Source of the DNA: Ruditapes philippinarum
Lineage: Eukaryota
Assembly (NCBI RefSeq): GCF_026571515.1
Contig: NW_026855956.1
Span: 1-64,000, forward strand
Length of the DNA: 64,000 bases
Reading direction: 5' to 3'
The notes beneath the pieces were generated by a model. That model saw only the letters and a program-made list of their open reading frames with translations, made no database searches and had not been told where the DNA came from. The position numbers were made by a program, and so were the translations under genes. Below, piece by piece: positions 25,195-39,305 of this stretch (its first letter is position 1; each line of letters starts with the position of its first letter).

Positions 25195-26724
25195 TTTTTA
25201 GCTCACCTGAGCTTGCTCAGGGTGAGCTTTTAGGATCGGTGAATGTCCGTCGTCCGTCGTCCGTCGTCCGTCGTCCGTCCGGCCGTCCACAATTTCTTGT
25301 GAACACTCTAGCGGTCGCATTTTTGCCTCAATCATCATCAAACTTGGTCAGGATGCTTATCTAGTTGAAAGCTCGGATGAGTTCGAACATGGGTCATCTC
25401 GGATGAAAAACTAGGTCACAAGAGCTAAAAATAGAAAAACCTTGTGAACACTCTAGAGGTCACATTTTTGACCCAATCATCATCAAACTTGGTCAGGATG
25501 TTTGTCTAGGTGATAGCTCGGATGAGTTCGAACATGGGTCATCTCGGATGAAAAAGTAGGTCACAGGAGCTATAAATAGAAAAACCTTGTGAACACTCTA
25601 GTGGTCACATTTTTGAACCAATCATCATCAAACTTGGTCAGAATGCTTTGTCTAGTCAATTGCTTGGATGAGTTCGAACATGGGTCATCTCTGATGAAAA
25701 ACTAGGTCACAGGAGCTAAAAATAGAAAAACCTTGTGAACACTCTAGTGGTCACATTTTTGACCCAATCATCATCAAACTTTGTCAGGATGCTTGTTTAG
25801 ATAATAGCTCAGATGAGTTCGAATATGGGTCATCTCGGATGAAAAACTAGGTCACCGGAGCTATAAATAGAAAAACCTTGTTAACACTTTAGCGGTCACA
25901 TTTTTGCATCAATCATCATCAAACTTGATCAAGATGCTTGTCTAGGTGATAGCTCGGATGAGTTCGAACATGGGTCATCTCGGATGAAAAACTAGGTCAC
26001 AGGAGCTAAAAATAGAAAAACCTTGTTAACACTCTAGTGGTCACAATTTTGACTCAATTGTCATCAAACTTGGTCAGGAAACTTGAATAGGTCATTGCTT
26101 GGAATAAATCGAACATGGGACATCTCGGATGAAAAACTAGGTCACATGAGCTAAAAATAGAAAAATCTTGTTAACACTCTAGTGGCTACTGTTGTGATCC
26201 AAATATTCTGTTAATTGGTCTGAAAGTTTTTTTTTGATGATTTCTAAGTCAAGATCAAACATGGGTCATCTTGGATGAAAAACTAGGTCACACCGCCCAA
26301 ATATGGAAAAACCTTGTTAACATTCTAGTGGTCACATTTTCGACTCGATTATCATCAAACTTGGTCAGGATGCTTGTCTAGGTAATTGCTTGGATTAGTT
26401 AGAAATCGCATGTGAAACTAGGTCACCGGAGCTAAAAATAGAAAAATCTTGTTAACACTCTAGTTGCTACTGTTTTGATCCAAGTATCCTGGAAATTGGT
26501 CTGAAAGTTTGTTTTGATGATTTCTAGGTCAAGTTTGAATATGTGTCACCTGGGTAAAAAACTAGGTCGCACTGCTCAAATATGGATAATCCTTGTTAAC
26601 ACTGTAGTGGTCACATTTTTGACTCACCTGTCATGAGACTTGGTCAGAATGCTTGTCTAGGTAATTGTTTGGATGAGTTTGATAATTCAGGTGAGCGATC
26701 TAGGGCCATCATGGCCCTCTTGTT
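25195..26724 (+). mobile_element. HINE/Helentron-type (pearl/DINE-1-like) non-autonomous element with ~10 internal ~145-bp tandem repeats
   Basis: Starts TTTTTAGCTCACCTGAGC...CTCAGGGTGAGC (subterminal IR), then a (GTCC/CGTC) microsatellite and ~145-bp core repeats (anchors 25301, 25446, 25591, 25737...). Ends with CAGGTGAGCGA, the hairpin AGGGCCATCATGGCCCT and CTTGTT. Confidence 0.85.
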
Positions 26725-27909
26725 TGATGTTCTACAAAATAACTATGTACTAGATAAAGGTATAATATTATATACAGTTTAATTTTCAGCCATTTTGTAA
26801 TCAGATGCTACATGCTAACTGTAAATGCTTACTGTCATTCTTACTGTGCATGCTACAGTTGTGACCTATTAATGTGCATGCCCATATTTTTTAAACAAAT
26901 GCTTCGTGGACTTTTCCAAGTTTTTAGTGGTGAAATATTTAGCTTTCTTGATTTCTAGGTCTGTTGTCCACAAACAGGGCCAGAAACAAGAACATGCATA
27001 CTTTAATGTAAACCAGGTCAACCATAGACTGTATATTATCCAAATGTTGCAATCGGATACCCAGTAAACCAATTTTAGTAAAATTGTAAAGACTTGAAAG
27101 GTCCATTAAAAGTATAAAATATCACTGTGCATGTAAGGGAGGTAACTCTCAATTTAACTGTAGCTTTATTTAGATGATACATGATATTTTGTTTACATGT
27201 TTTAATACATCATTCATGCACCTGACAGAGGTTGTATTTCTCACATTTTTTGCTCTGTATTATACAGAAATATAAAAAGGAGGAAGAGGCCCTGCCATTG
27301 TCCAATGATACTTACTTTGTCTCTCTATTCTTGAAATTTGCTTAAATTTTGTTTGAAACAAATAGTATTATTTAATCCTTGAAAAGTCTGATATTTGAAG
27401 ATTTATTGATTATACTGCAATAAGCCTCTCCCATACACCACCCCCAAAGTTATTTAATATACATTTATAAGTGTTAATAACAGTAAGCCAGTTGATTTCA
27501 CAGAAATTTGCATGTCCTCTAAAATAAAATCCCCTGCTGGTATGATATAGAATGTACATGTATGTATAGATGTGTATACATTATATATGAAAACGCTTGA
27601 AGGTGGGCCTAATATGGTAAAATGGAAAATGTTACTGCTATGGCTTGCTTGAGCCTGTTTATGGATTGCAGGGAACGAGCTACAGCTATTGTCACTGACC
27701 GCGCCACCCCCAACACCATCGATCCCTAGCTCTACAGACTGCAAAAATCGGTTAAGCAGAATTGAGCATCTACTTATAGAATAGAATTAAATTTAGAATT
27801 TTAATAACATATTCTGAAGATTTTAGTAATGAAATGATGTAATCTATTAAAATAAAGCTGGAACAATTCTGAAATTAAATGTTAACTGATCTAAGAGAAA
27901 AGATGGACA

Positions 27910-28481
27910 TTTTTAGCCCGACTATTCAAGCAAAAAGGAGAGCTATTGTACCCACGTTGGTGTCGCTGTCACAATTTGTTTTAGTGTCCAGCTTTATTTG
28001 TCATCCAATGAAAACGCTGTATTTCTTAAAAATTATGTGTGTTAATTTTCATAGAAGAAAAAAAGTCGATACTATATTGAAATCCGTTCATAGTCGCCTT
28101 CTATTTTTCATAGTGCTTCATAGTACCGCGTAGTGACGTAATCAAGGTCCAAATAAAGCTTGACACTAAATATGTTAGTGTTCATCCTAAGCTGTTCTAC
28201 AGAAATTAGAAACATTCTCCTGTCGCTATCGCTCCGGTCGAAGTTTCTAATTTCTGTAGAACAGCACGGATGAACACTAATATATACGAAGTTTCTGCGT
28301 GCAAGTAGCTGTCATCAAAGGGAAAGGGTTGAAACTTCACACACTTGTTCTCTGTGATTATCTAACGTGATGAGCACAGGTCCTGTAACTCTTGAGTTTC
28401 TTTTTAACAGTGTTATCCCCCCTTTTTTATTGTCAAGAACTGAGAATAATCTAGCTTGCTGTTTTACAGACAGCTCTTGTT
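27910..28481 (+). mobile_element. Short HINE-like element interrupted by two nested inverted-repeat insertions
   Basis: 5' end TTTTTAGCCCGACTAT...GAGCTA and 3' end GCTGT...ACAGCTCTTGTT. Internal IR pairs at 27981-28000/28149-28169 and 28175-28213/28243-28280. Confidence 0.6.
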
Positions 28482-28877
28482 ATGTATGGTAAAGGCTGTT
28501 ATTGCTTATAATTATATGAAGTAGTGGTTTTTGATTTATTGTAGAAATGATGCATTTGCACTGACAATAATTAGTAATTGTATAAAATGAAAGTGATTGA
28601 GTGTTGTTGTTGTTGTTAGTTGTAATCATAGAAAAAATGTCATGACATTAATAAACATTGTGTATTTTTCATACTCGACCTTTTGACAGATGAGTTATTA
28701 TTGAATAAAAGTTATATCGTCATTTCGTCTCTGTGTTATTTGATGTCACAGGTTCATGGTAGTTAGTCTTTCACTGTTTATTATTTCTATAGAAAAATAT
28801 CATGTAATATATCCCATTGTCATTACTTACTTGCATTGTAATATTTTGTAATTTAGTTTGCACATCATTGATTTTCA

Positions 28878-29092
28878 CCACTCGAATCCCGACAGGGACT
28901 TTGGATTCTTTCATGTGAGGAAGCTTTCCAACTAGCTTACGGAATGTCCTTGGTTCTACTCAGGTTCCCGTTCGTGCCTGAAATAATGCACAGAAGGGCA
29001 TCTGAGATCTTTTTCCTTCAGTAATGCGGGAACGTCGCCATATGACCATATACTGTGGCGGTGTGACGTAAAACCGATTCAAACAAACAAAA
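28878..29092 (+). mobile_element. 5'-truncated SINE, same family, with AAAC tail
   Basis: TCGAATCCCGACAGGGACTTTGGATTCTTTCATGTGAGGAAGC...GTGTGACGTAAAACC...AAACAAACAAAA. Confidence 0.72.
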
Positions 29093-30329
29093 AGCTTTGG
29101 TTTTTATGAAGCTATAAGCTTTATATAGACACTCTGGAATCATACAGTACTGAGCAATGAGTGTAAAGTTTCTTGCTTTTGGTAACAACAACTTGCCTGA
29201 CATGGTTTGAACTCTTTCATTTCTCAATGTGTCTTGAATGGACTCCTTGACAGTGTCCAAATATTTTTGATAACAGAGTCCATATGTGTGACATATGTAA
29301 ATTAGAGGGAGTTTTAAACATTGAGTTTGTATCAATATGAAATTAAATGAAAATCACCGTATTGCTAAACAGTGCACTGGTTATTTCTACATTATTTAAC
29401 TGAGTGTCTTTATGTACATGATTATTTACACTTTTTATCTGACATTCTATTCACTTTTATTAAATGATAACAGACATAAATGGGTTGAATAATGGGATAA
29501 TGCATCCCTGGTTCATACATTAAGTTTTGTTGAGAGCATAATTATTTTATTCCACATTGATGGAGGAATTTTAGTGCTTTACACAAATCTTTACCATCAT
29601 GTGACATTGTGAGCATGTACCAGGTCAAAGGTCAAAGTCACACTTAAAACGCTTGTGTGGAGCAAAACTTCTACAGCATTGGTAATGTGAAGCGGTTTGA
29701 ACAGTTTGAAAATGAACTTTTCATGTGGTTTCATCAGATTGCAAAATGAACGCATGAGCAGGCGGATTTTTTGGTTACTCCAGTTTTCATGGATATCTCA
29801 CATGTTATCGATCACTGAACCTTTAAATTCCAAAATTTTCGTTCCAAATGTTTGAGCAAACAGAAGCAATAGATGAAGGTCTGTTCGGTTCTGTGAAAAT
29901 ATAATAAATCCTCATTGCTAAAACTTTGAGTAAAATATTTGCAAAATACAACATCATTGGTTGATGGGACTTAAATTTCCTGTATGTTATAATTAAAGAT
30001 GGAACATACACTTAAAGATCCTGTGACTCAAAATTTTATGTTCTTATATGAAAAATCTTTGGCTTAAATAAAGAATTAACAATGTTAAAAGTTACAGAAA
30101 ACCTTTTTGATAAGGATATTGCCAAAATTTAAAATTTCCGATAATAAAAGGAGATAATTAGAGATCTGTTTTTGGTAAAAAAAAATCAGTTTTGCATTCA
30201 AATAAAAAATTCACAACCTTTTTTCCTCAAGAAATATCATATAATGTGTTTAATAATGTCAACTTCTATATGTTTTTCATAAGAACTGACTTTATATACA
30301 ACTTTCGCAAGGATGTTACATCCTTAATT

Positions 30330-31443
30330 ATTACATACAGGATCAGGTATGTAATCGCATATGATCACTCAAAGCTTTCTTTTACAGTGTTTGCCACACA
30401 TATCACACATAATAATGTTATCTTTGCTTTCATCACTACGAGAGTGAATATTCCTTTCATGTGCAATAAGGTTATCTTTTCTAGTAAAGACACGCTCACA
30501 AACTCTACATTGGAAATCCTCTCTTTCCTCGTGGGCTTGAAAGTGTCTTTTCAGACTGTCCTTCCTCGAATAGGCCTTCCCACATATCTGGCACACATGT
30601 TCGGTCTGTGATATTGTAACTAAAAAACAGGAAATTATGATCTTGAAAATGTTTCATGATAATCTTTATATGTGCGTGTGCGCGCGTGCGTGTGTACGTG
30701 TCACAATAAATTACAAGAATATCATCAGATTGTACGAAATCCGATTTTAAGCATAAGTCTTGTCTTCAATTCACTGTAAAAATTTCGAATGAATAACACA
30801 CACGCATGCACGCACACTAACTTTAAGTTACTTTTAACTGTAATAAAATTGTAAGAATATGAGCGAGATTTTGCGAAAGACATTTTAATAGCATTTTCTT
30901 TTTACAATGGTATCTTATGTTTGGTAGCAAAAATTAATGGAGAATGCTGATAGCAAAGTATTTGAGAATCTGGACATTGCTTAAAGAAGTCAAGACTATT
31001 AAAGAAAATGTATCCTAAATTCTTACAACAGGATTGATCACTTCTCAAATTAAAGTGTACAAATCTATATCTGATGAAAAGTATTGCAAATATTTAAAAG
31101 CAGCATAAGTACATTGTTTCCATTACTGTTGTGACAAAGAATGCCTCTGTTATTTTACAGATACGACAAATGTACGTTATCTGAAATAAAATGTTCCCCC
31201 TACTTATTTTAATTGGCTTATTGATTATTTTATGCATGTTCCACCCCATATCAATACAAAGGTAGACGCATTTCTTCCATTTTTAGGTATTTTGTATCTA
31301 TTCTAATCATGTTACAAACGATAAAACATCGAATATATAGCATTATACACTTTAAAACCATAAAATAAAAGCAAACCTTCCGTTCCCATGGCTGGCACTG
31401 GTGGTTCTTCCACGGGTATTATGGCGTCGTATTCTTCAATATT
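30330..31443 (-). pseudogene. Decayed C2H2 zinc-finger gene fragment
   Basis: Exon 31443-31377 (NIEEYDAIIPVEEPPVPAMGTE) splices in phase to an exon starting at 30619 with two intact fingers (CQICGKAYSRKDSLKRHFQAH; CRVCERVFTRKDNLIAHERNIH). A third finger (CDMCGKHCK... / KALSDHMRLHT*) is split by a frameshift near 30375 and followed by stops. No start exon found. Confidence 0.6.
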
Positions 31444-33875
31444 CTGTAATATTGATAAAAATACACTTCATTCTAAGTGATAATTTTTGTGTTCTTAGGT
31501 GAAATGGGTCAGCTCTCTTCTACGCAAATTTTTTATCTGTTTAACAAGTACAACAGCAATTCCGTATATATTATGTACAAGACAATTTGCACAGTGCAAT
31601 TATTATTTCTTACCAAATCATAAGCATGTCGACATGCAACATAAATTTCGCATTAAAATGGCTTTAATTTAGTTATCAATTATTTGTACCTTTACCAATT
31701 GCTTTGCATTGGACGGCATTTAGCACCATACACCACCAAGAGTTACTGGGCTTACATAAACATATTCTATAAGCTTGTAATTCGTCGTTTAAAAAAGAAA
31801 TTTATATCGAAATGTTGAATATTTAAACGTGATTCGTGTATAATATATTTTCATATGCTCATACTATAAAAATAGGGGAGAAATAATTGTACAAAATAAC
31901 ATGTATTGGAGAAATTCATGAAATTACATCAATGCTACAGAACAGAACAGGCTTTTGGTGGATGAGGATATGTTAATAAAGAACCTTTAGAGCGATACAA
32001 ATGTTTAGAAGTTTGCTTGGATGTCAAGTTATTGGCTATCAAAGAGCGATTTTACCAATTTTGTGACTTTTCTTGTGCAGTTGTCGATAATGATCTAATA
32101 AGTTAACAAAGATTTGGCGAGTTTGAGATGCCTGTCGGATAAAGTAATAATACGAGATCAGAATAGGCTATAAAGTTTTGTGAGATATGCATTTTCAAAG
32201 AAATTGAAGACAATTTTCTTACCACAATATCGGTTTTCCACCTGTAAAATTGATCTCTTCATGCGTTCTCCGCCTGGGAAACATAGTGAACGATTGGACT
32301 CGGTGATTGAGAGATTGAAATATACCTGTAACTTAAAACAAATGTTCACATTGTGAAATGTTGTGTCATGCACAAAATTTAAATCTGTGTGACATTGGTC
32401 AATCTTTCATTTAAAGCTGCTTTTTTGTTTCAAAATATCACGACTAGCGGACATAACACTCGAAAATTAAATCAGTCGTTTGCCAATATAGTCTATAACT
32501 CGAATGACTTTATTGGTGCATATATATATTCAGAGATGTATACATTGTATATCATGATTATATAATAAACTTTCCTGATTTATTGAAACAAAATGCAAAT
32601 GTTGCAGATCCTGATTAACGGAGCCCTTTTGTTGATGTCAGTGGCTAAATGCACCCCAACCCCTAGCACCATGGCTCAACTGACAGTCCTAATTATTAAC
32701 TTAACGTCATATTTCTAGTACGTGCAAATACGTTCTGCATACGCAACTAAAAGTACCTACACGTTGAAGTTTGCAGTTATCTAAACATATTTAAGATAAC
32801 GTTTTATGACGTCATTTACTTTTAAAGTCGTGTTCTTTGTAAGATATTTAACATATGCTTAAATATATCTATAATTAATAAGGCACCCCCATACATTTTC
32901 AATAAGTACTGGTGTTCATCTAAAAGTATAAAATGAAATGAAATTCAAAATAATATCTTGCCGCTTCATTGAAGTATCCCATTTCATACTGTATTATTTC
33001 AAGTACGTTATTTACCATCTGGAACGAACGTCATGTGAATTTTCAGTTTATCTGAACTTGAAAAACGAGACTTAGCTAAGCTTTATATTTGCCCATTAAA
33101 GTTTCGAGTGATTTTATATTACTGTCCCATATATATCTAGTCTGATAACGTTAAAATCCAGGCCGAGGGTTTTAAAGGCATATCTTTGCAGGGAAGATTT
33201 TCATTACAATGTTTCATATACAATGTAAACGGTAAATTTTGCATTTGAAGTTTTGTTTTCACGTTCTACCCTATCGTCATACTGTGATCACATAGGATTT
33301 TGTCTTTACAATGTGTATCCGTGGATTGTTAAGGAACAATTCTTTTTCTAGTGATATTTAAATGGATATATAAAGCTATAAAATAGTGTTATTGGTTTTT
33401 AAATGACCACTTTCATCTTGAAAGTATGACCGCGATTTAATGTGTAAAGTAAACAACGAATCACTTCAGATAAGCAAAATAATACATTGTATGCAAACGT
33501 TTTTTAGTGTTTAGAAATTTTCCTATTACTTATTTACATTATCACACATATATCAATATAATTGAAAACTGCATTGAAGTGTGGATATGCGGCGGAGTCT
33601 CATAAAATTATTTATTATCACAATCAATTGTAATAATATCAAATGAAATTTGAAATATAGAAAATATGGATTGAAATGGTTTGGACGGAGTCCCACACTT
33701 GTCTTCAAATGATAACCACGCCAGGACAAGAGTCATTCTATTAAATGTATGATAAGATAATGCGGTCTGGTTGATAACGATAAAACACTCATTTAGTTAT
33801 CAACGATATGAAAAATATCGTAATAGTTACTTATTTTTGGCTATAGGAATTTAGTGCTAAAAGAATTTTTTAAAA

Positions 33876-36800
33876 ATGGATGCCATTCACAACAATATTG
33901 GTTCAAATTTAACAGACTATTTCACCTTCACGGAACCGTTACTTCTTTTCATGTTTCTTGCAAAACAATTTCCAATGAACATAAGCTTCCCATGCACTCA
34001 TGTTGGACATGAATATTCATTTATATTGTCGAGCCATTCAGAAGAAATATTTACGATTGGAAGCAATAAAAGCACAACTTTCACGTGTATTGGAAATGAT
34101 AATCCACTTACTCAAGTCTACACTATTGGCATGGTAAAAGAAAGTATTGATGTGCAATTACATGGAAAGCTTTTAGGGATCTCGAAACTTCAAATTGTGA
34201 TTTCAGGACCTGATCCCGATGAAATTATATTTAATGGGACGTCTAGTAAGACAAAAACATTTCATACTGCAGAACCAGACGCTAGAAAAACACAGCAAGA
34301 ATTTGTGTTTCCAGTAACAGTTCTAAGAAGTATTCGGCCAATAGACAAAATATTTATGATATTAATGACAGCGTTTCTTTTTCTTATAACATTGGGGTTC
34401 GGTTGTAAACTTGATTTAGGCATCGTAAAAGAGTGTTTAAAGAAACCGGTCGCTCCAGGGATTGGGTTCGGATGTCAGTACCTAGTAATGCCACTGGTGA
34501 GTATTAAATTAAAACTTGTTAGTGCATTCGTAGTAATGAAGGAACATTTTAAAAAATGAGACTGCAATTTTTATTATTATTTTGCTATAAGCGTTTTCCA
34601 TTAAGTACACTTATGTACTTATATGAATCTGTATAGCGGATGTACTCTTACTTCAATGTACATTGAGTCACTGCATGAAGTGTTATATAGTTCCCTTAAT
34701 TTTATAAAATTTAGCCACGTCAATCAACATGAATTACGAAGCTGCACATGTTGGATATTTGATATTATTCAGGGTAATACGAAAGTTAGACTATCACCTA
34801 ATGTACTTTTAGATATACACAATGTATGTAAATATTAATATTAATAAATCTTTAAGTACATGTATAATTCAATTTTGACTAAGTTAATCATGACTTATAC
34901 ATATATACGCAAATTCTTATCATAAGCCAGTGGCCGGGTTGGGTCTAATAATTATGTTCTTACAAGACTCTTCGAGAAGTACGAGTAAATATCATGAGCT
35001 AGTTTAACGTTGGTTTTTACGTTGTATCATGCGTGTATTCCATGTCGTTTTCCGACAACTTATGGGGAAAATGTAATAAAACTAGGAACATAATGATACT
35101 GAATTTGAAATATATTAAATGTCAGAAGTTGAAATTCCCATCTTTAAATCACATTATAGCTGTTAGTTATGACCTTCAATAATAAAATTACACGTTATAT
35201 GTTTGTGTTTGAGATTACTTTATGGTATACCAGCGAAATAAACTAGGACAAGTGCAAAAGTTTATATTTACTGTTTTGATAAAGTTCGCCTTTACTTTTA
35301 TTATTTCATGTTTGAACAATAACTAGCACAATACCTTAAAGGGTTAAAGGCACATTATGCCTCAGAAACCATTGAATTTTCTGGTTTTTTTTAGGAAGGG
35401 CAAGCATGTCTAAGAAATAGTTTTAGACATGTTAAATGCTTTTCAAAATATAATGCTGAATATAAATCAATTTGTTATAAAAGTGGACAAAATTTTAATA
35501 TAAACAAAGTACATGTAGTATTTTTGACTTCCATATAAAATTATCACTGTAATAGTGCGTATAGCCAAAAAGCAACAGAAGAAAAACATGGAGCAGGGAA
35601 TTGGGCAATAAGTATTTTTTTTGGAAATTTTAATAGTGCACCATAAGTAAAAAGTTTTTGAGAAACAAAACTAATATAAAAAACCCGTAGAGCGCGATTT
35701 ATTGACGGAAGATTATTTCATTTGAATATGTTTGCACTGCGAAATTCTCCAGTTCGCTATTCATTGTACAAATGTACTATAATAATGTGTATTGTTATAG
35801 ACGTTGAAATATGAAATTTTTTCAAAACGGCTTATGTTAAGTTTTTTTGATATACATGTGTATATGATCAGTACATGTGCTGGGATTGACAAATATGCAT
35901 TTTATTTGGATTTTAAAGGCGTTTTGAGCTCCACACCCCAAGTGTCTGTGATCCCAGCTGGTGCTCAAAAGTCCCATCATGCACATGTTTTCAGTATTTA
36001 TAATCATTCTTAACCTATGTTGACGTGGGAATATTCCTATCTTAATTAACGGCAAAAGGTAAAAATTATAAATAATATTAGATTTGTATAAATGACGGCA
36101 TATGTCAACAAAATCTATGTCATATACATATTTTTGTAATTTTCAGCTTGGCTTTGCGATCGCTAAATTATTGCCCCTGGATGTGGACAGAAGTGTAGCG
36201 CTGGGTATATTCGTGTGTGGCACGTGTCCCGGGGGAGGTATTAGCAATATCTATACGTACCTCCTGGACGGAGATGTTTCACTGTCCATAACAATGACAT
36301 TTCTGAGCACTGTAGCATCTTTAGGTAGGTAACCAGTGATGACGTTTGAGGACTTATATACCTCGGGCTTTTGTAGCTGGGGTTGAGGACGCTATTTTCA
36401 TTTACTTATAATTATAAAAAGTGCAAGTTTGAAACCCACAGGGGATATATGGATTTTATTCATTTGAGGAATGTTTTCACCTAGGTTATGGAAGGTCGAT
36501 GGTTATACCTAAAAGGAAATCCAGGCTCCGTGCTTACAATCAAGATTAAATGATGTTCATTGAAACATGATACTGTCATCTGATTTCGAGTATTTGCAAC
36601 GAAACAAATTCATTTAGAGATAGTATATAAGAAAAATATATAAATAAAGATTATTACTGGATCAAAAGACTAAAAGTAGCTATTTGAGCTCAACAATAGT
36701 GTCGCCACATAATTTTTACCACTCATTGTCCTAACAGAAACATCATAAACGATATTGATGATATTGAAATGGACTAAAATCAGTTTCTTTTTGTTGAATC

Positions 36801-37473
36801 CGGTTTTTCTTTCTCTATTCCAGGTATGATGCCACTATGGATTTACACACTAGGGCAGCTTTTTGTAGATGACGAGTATAACATCACCATTCCATACATC
36901 AACATGCTGCAGATCATAGCATTAATAACAGTGCCTTTGTTCGTTGGCATTTTTATTAAATATAAATTTCTCAAAGCTGCGCTTAAAATCCTGAAAATAT
37001 TAAAGCCGGTCACGGTTATAGGGATTTTACTTTTCCTGTGCATTGGTTTGTACTCAAATTGGTATATTTTCAAACTGTTCAGACCGCTTCACATTGTTGC
37101 TGGATGTCTATTGCCTTATCTAGGTTACATTATAGGGGGCGCTATCGCTGCAATATTGAAACAGCCATTTTCCCGCGTAAAAACTATTGCTCTTGAAACT
37201 GGGATGCAAAATGTGGGCGTGGCCTATCTGTTGATGATCTCATCGTTTCCGCCTCCTCATGGTGACTTATCCTCAGTTGCCCCTATGGCATCTGCTTTAA
37301 TGACACCATTCCCGCCATTTATAGTGACGATTGTTTACTTGATATACAAGAAATGTTTCAAAAAGTATGAACCAGTCATTGATGAAGAGCCAGAGGTCAA
37401 GGTCGGTAACGAAGGTCAAGAGGTCAAGGTAAATGGAGAGCAACTGCTACTAGAAAAACTTAGTTCTGTATAG
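33876..37473 (+). CDS. SLC10 family sodium/bile acid cotransporter-like protein (~482 aa, N-terminal extension), 3 exons
   Basis: Exons 33876-34496, 36147-36324 and 36824-37473 are in phase. SBF-family motifs: GFGCKLD..., PGIGFGCQYLVMPL, CPGGGISNIYTYLLDGDVSLSITMT, MMPLW, TIALETGMQN. AATAAA signals follow at ~37656 and ~37791. Confidence 0.9.
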
Positions 37474-38250
37474 ACGGTCACATGTTTACATTTAGAAATA
37501 CCCCTAGCAACGGAAGTACTATTTTGCACATGCGCAATTTGATTAGAGGATTTTTTTTTTCAATTTATGAAGGAAATGGATTTTATATGCTTTGTAAAAA
37601 TCTTTGAAAACCTGTAAATATGTTTCTATTCGTGTTATAAATGCGAATCATGTACAATAAACTGCAATTTTCATTTTTTTAAGAAAAACAAACATCAACA
37701 TGTGTTGTGTATAAAAATATAGGGTGCATTATTGTTACTTGTACAAATATATAATGGTTAGCTATATTGGTCAGAGTTTTGCCATATGACAATAAAACAT
37801 TCTTTGAACTATTACTGTTATGTTGATAAATTATTTTGATTTAATATCATGCGCTGTCTTAATCGCTTTACGATACAGACTGAGTGCTTACAAAAGTCTA
37901 ATATTCATTACCAGGTAAGGTGCCATGTCGTGTTTGGAACAATATATAAAGACGTTTTCTCAAATAAAGAGTAGGTACAGTGGGTACTACTTTAAACGGC
38001 GGTTTATGGGGGTCTCATAATTTCTTTTTTAAGATTATGGTGGCAGAACCTCATAAACAATTAAACATTATCATGTTTGCTCAGTCAGATAGACGGGTGA
38101 TTTACTGCGGATTCTTCAGCGAGTCCTCAATTATAATATGTACATAAAAAAATTCAAGCTAAACACTTCGGACCCATTTTAATTTGCTTTTTGGATTGGA
38201 AAAGCTTTTTTTATTTACAATTTTGTCAAATAGAGAAGCAATGTTTTGTT

Positions 38251-38423
38251 GCATCCGCGCAGTCTGATCAGGATCCACGCTGTTCGCTATCAGTTTCTCT
38301 ACTTGTAATAGTGTTTGTAAGCGAACAGCATGGATCCTGATCAGACTGCGCGGATGCGCAGGCTGGTCTGGATCCATGCTGGTCGCAAACACATTGCGTT
38401 GGTTTTGTCGTGACGCGGCTCAT
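38251..38423. mobile_element. Truncated fold-back MITE-like repeat
   Basis: GCATCCGCGCAGTCTGATCAGGATCCACGCTGTTCGCT (38251-38288) is inverted at 38320-38357, followed by the rest of one arm ending GACGCGGCTCAT. Confidence 0.7.
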
Positions 38424-39303
38424 ACGAGTTTGTTTACATTTTGCTGCTTTTATAACATATTATTTTACATTTAGCACCAACAAACATCTATCATGCCCTA
38501 AAGCCATTATCTTATCGTTATAGATCTCATGTTTGACCTTTCTCAAGAAGTAAATATTTACTCACTTTTGAGGCATAATGCGCCTTTAAAGGTTGATATC
38601 GTAGCTGGCGTGGTTAACCATTTTGTCAAGATGCCTAAAACTTTCAGAAATGTCTGAAACTATAAAGGTTTATGTTTATGCTCAAAGTTAGGGCGTTACT
38701 GTTGATACTATGCTCATTTAAAGTTTTTATATCGTTTAAAGTGTCATCATACCTATCAAAGAGTAATGGTAGGCTCAAAATAACGTAAGATTTTTTCAAT
38801 ACCTAATTGATTTCAGTTTTCAAGTCTCTACCTCATTTGTGTATACTGTAATCTGCCACAGAGAAAATTCTGTACTGTAAATAATCGTAAATATTCGATT
38901 GATAAAAAAAGTGGTACAGTCGTTTTATACTTTAGGCAGTTGTTATATTTTATCCTATATTTTATCATAAACATTTTTCATAATCAATAGTAAGTCGATG
39001 ACCATTATTGTAGTCGATCTTTTTAAATGTAATATATTATAGTCAGTTCAGCTCAACAAAATGAGTACACTTTAATCGGTATGTCGATCAACATATGCGT
39101 TTCAGCATTTGTGTATATATATAACAAGTTTCCTGGCTCACTTGTACATCATAAAACAAGTATAATAGTACGGACGTAATAGAATTCCCGTCTCGTAATG
39201 CTTCCCCTTTGCTCTGAAATCTATTGTTTATATTCTTTATTAAACACAATGAAACAGAAGTAAAGTATCAAATATACAATTTAAAGTGAATAACAATAAT
39301 AAT

Positions 39304-39305
<2 letters not shown>

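Noticed and set aside
30192-30611. 139-aa plus-strand ORF
   Set aside because: Antisense shadow of the zinc-finger exon, with no recognisable motif.
38159-38392. 77-aa ORF MFATSMDPDQPAHPRSLIRIHAVR
   Set aside because: Read through the palindromic MITE, a typical source of spurious gene models.
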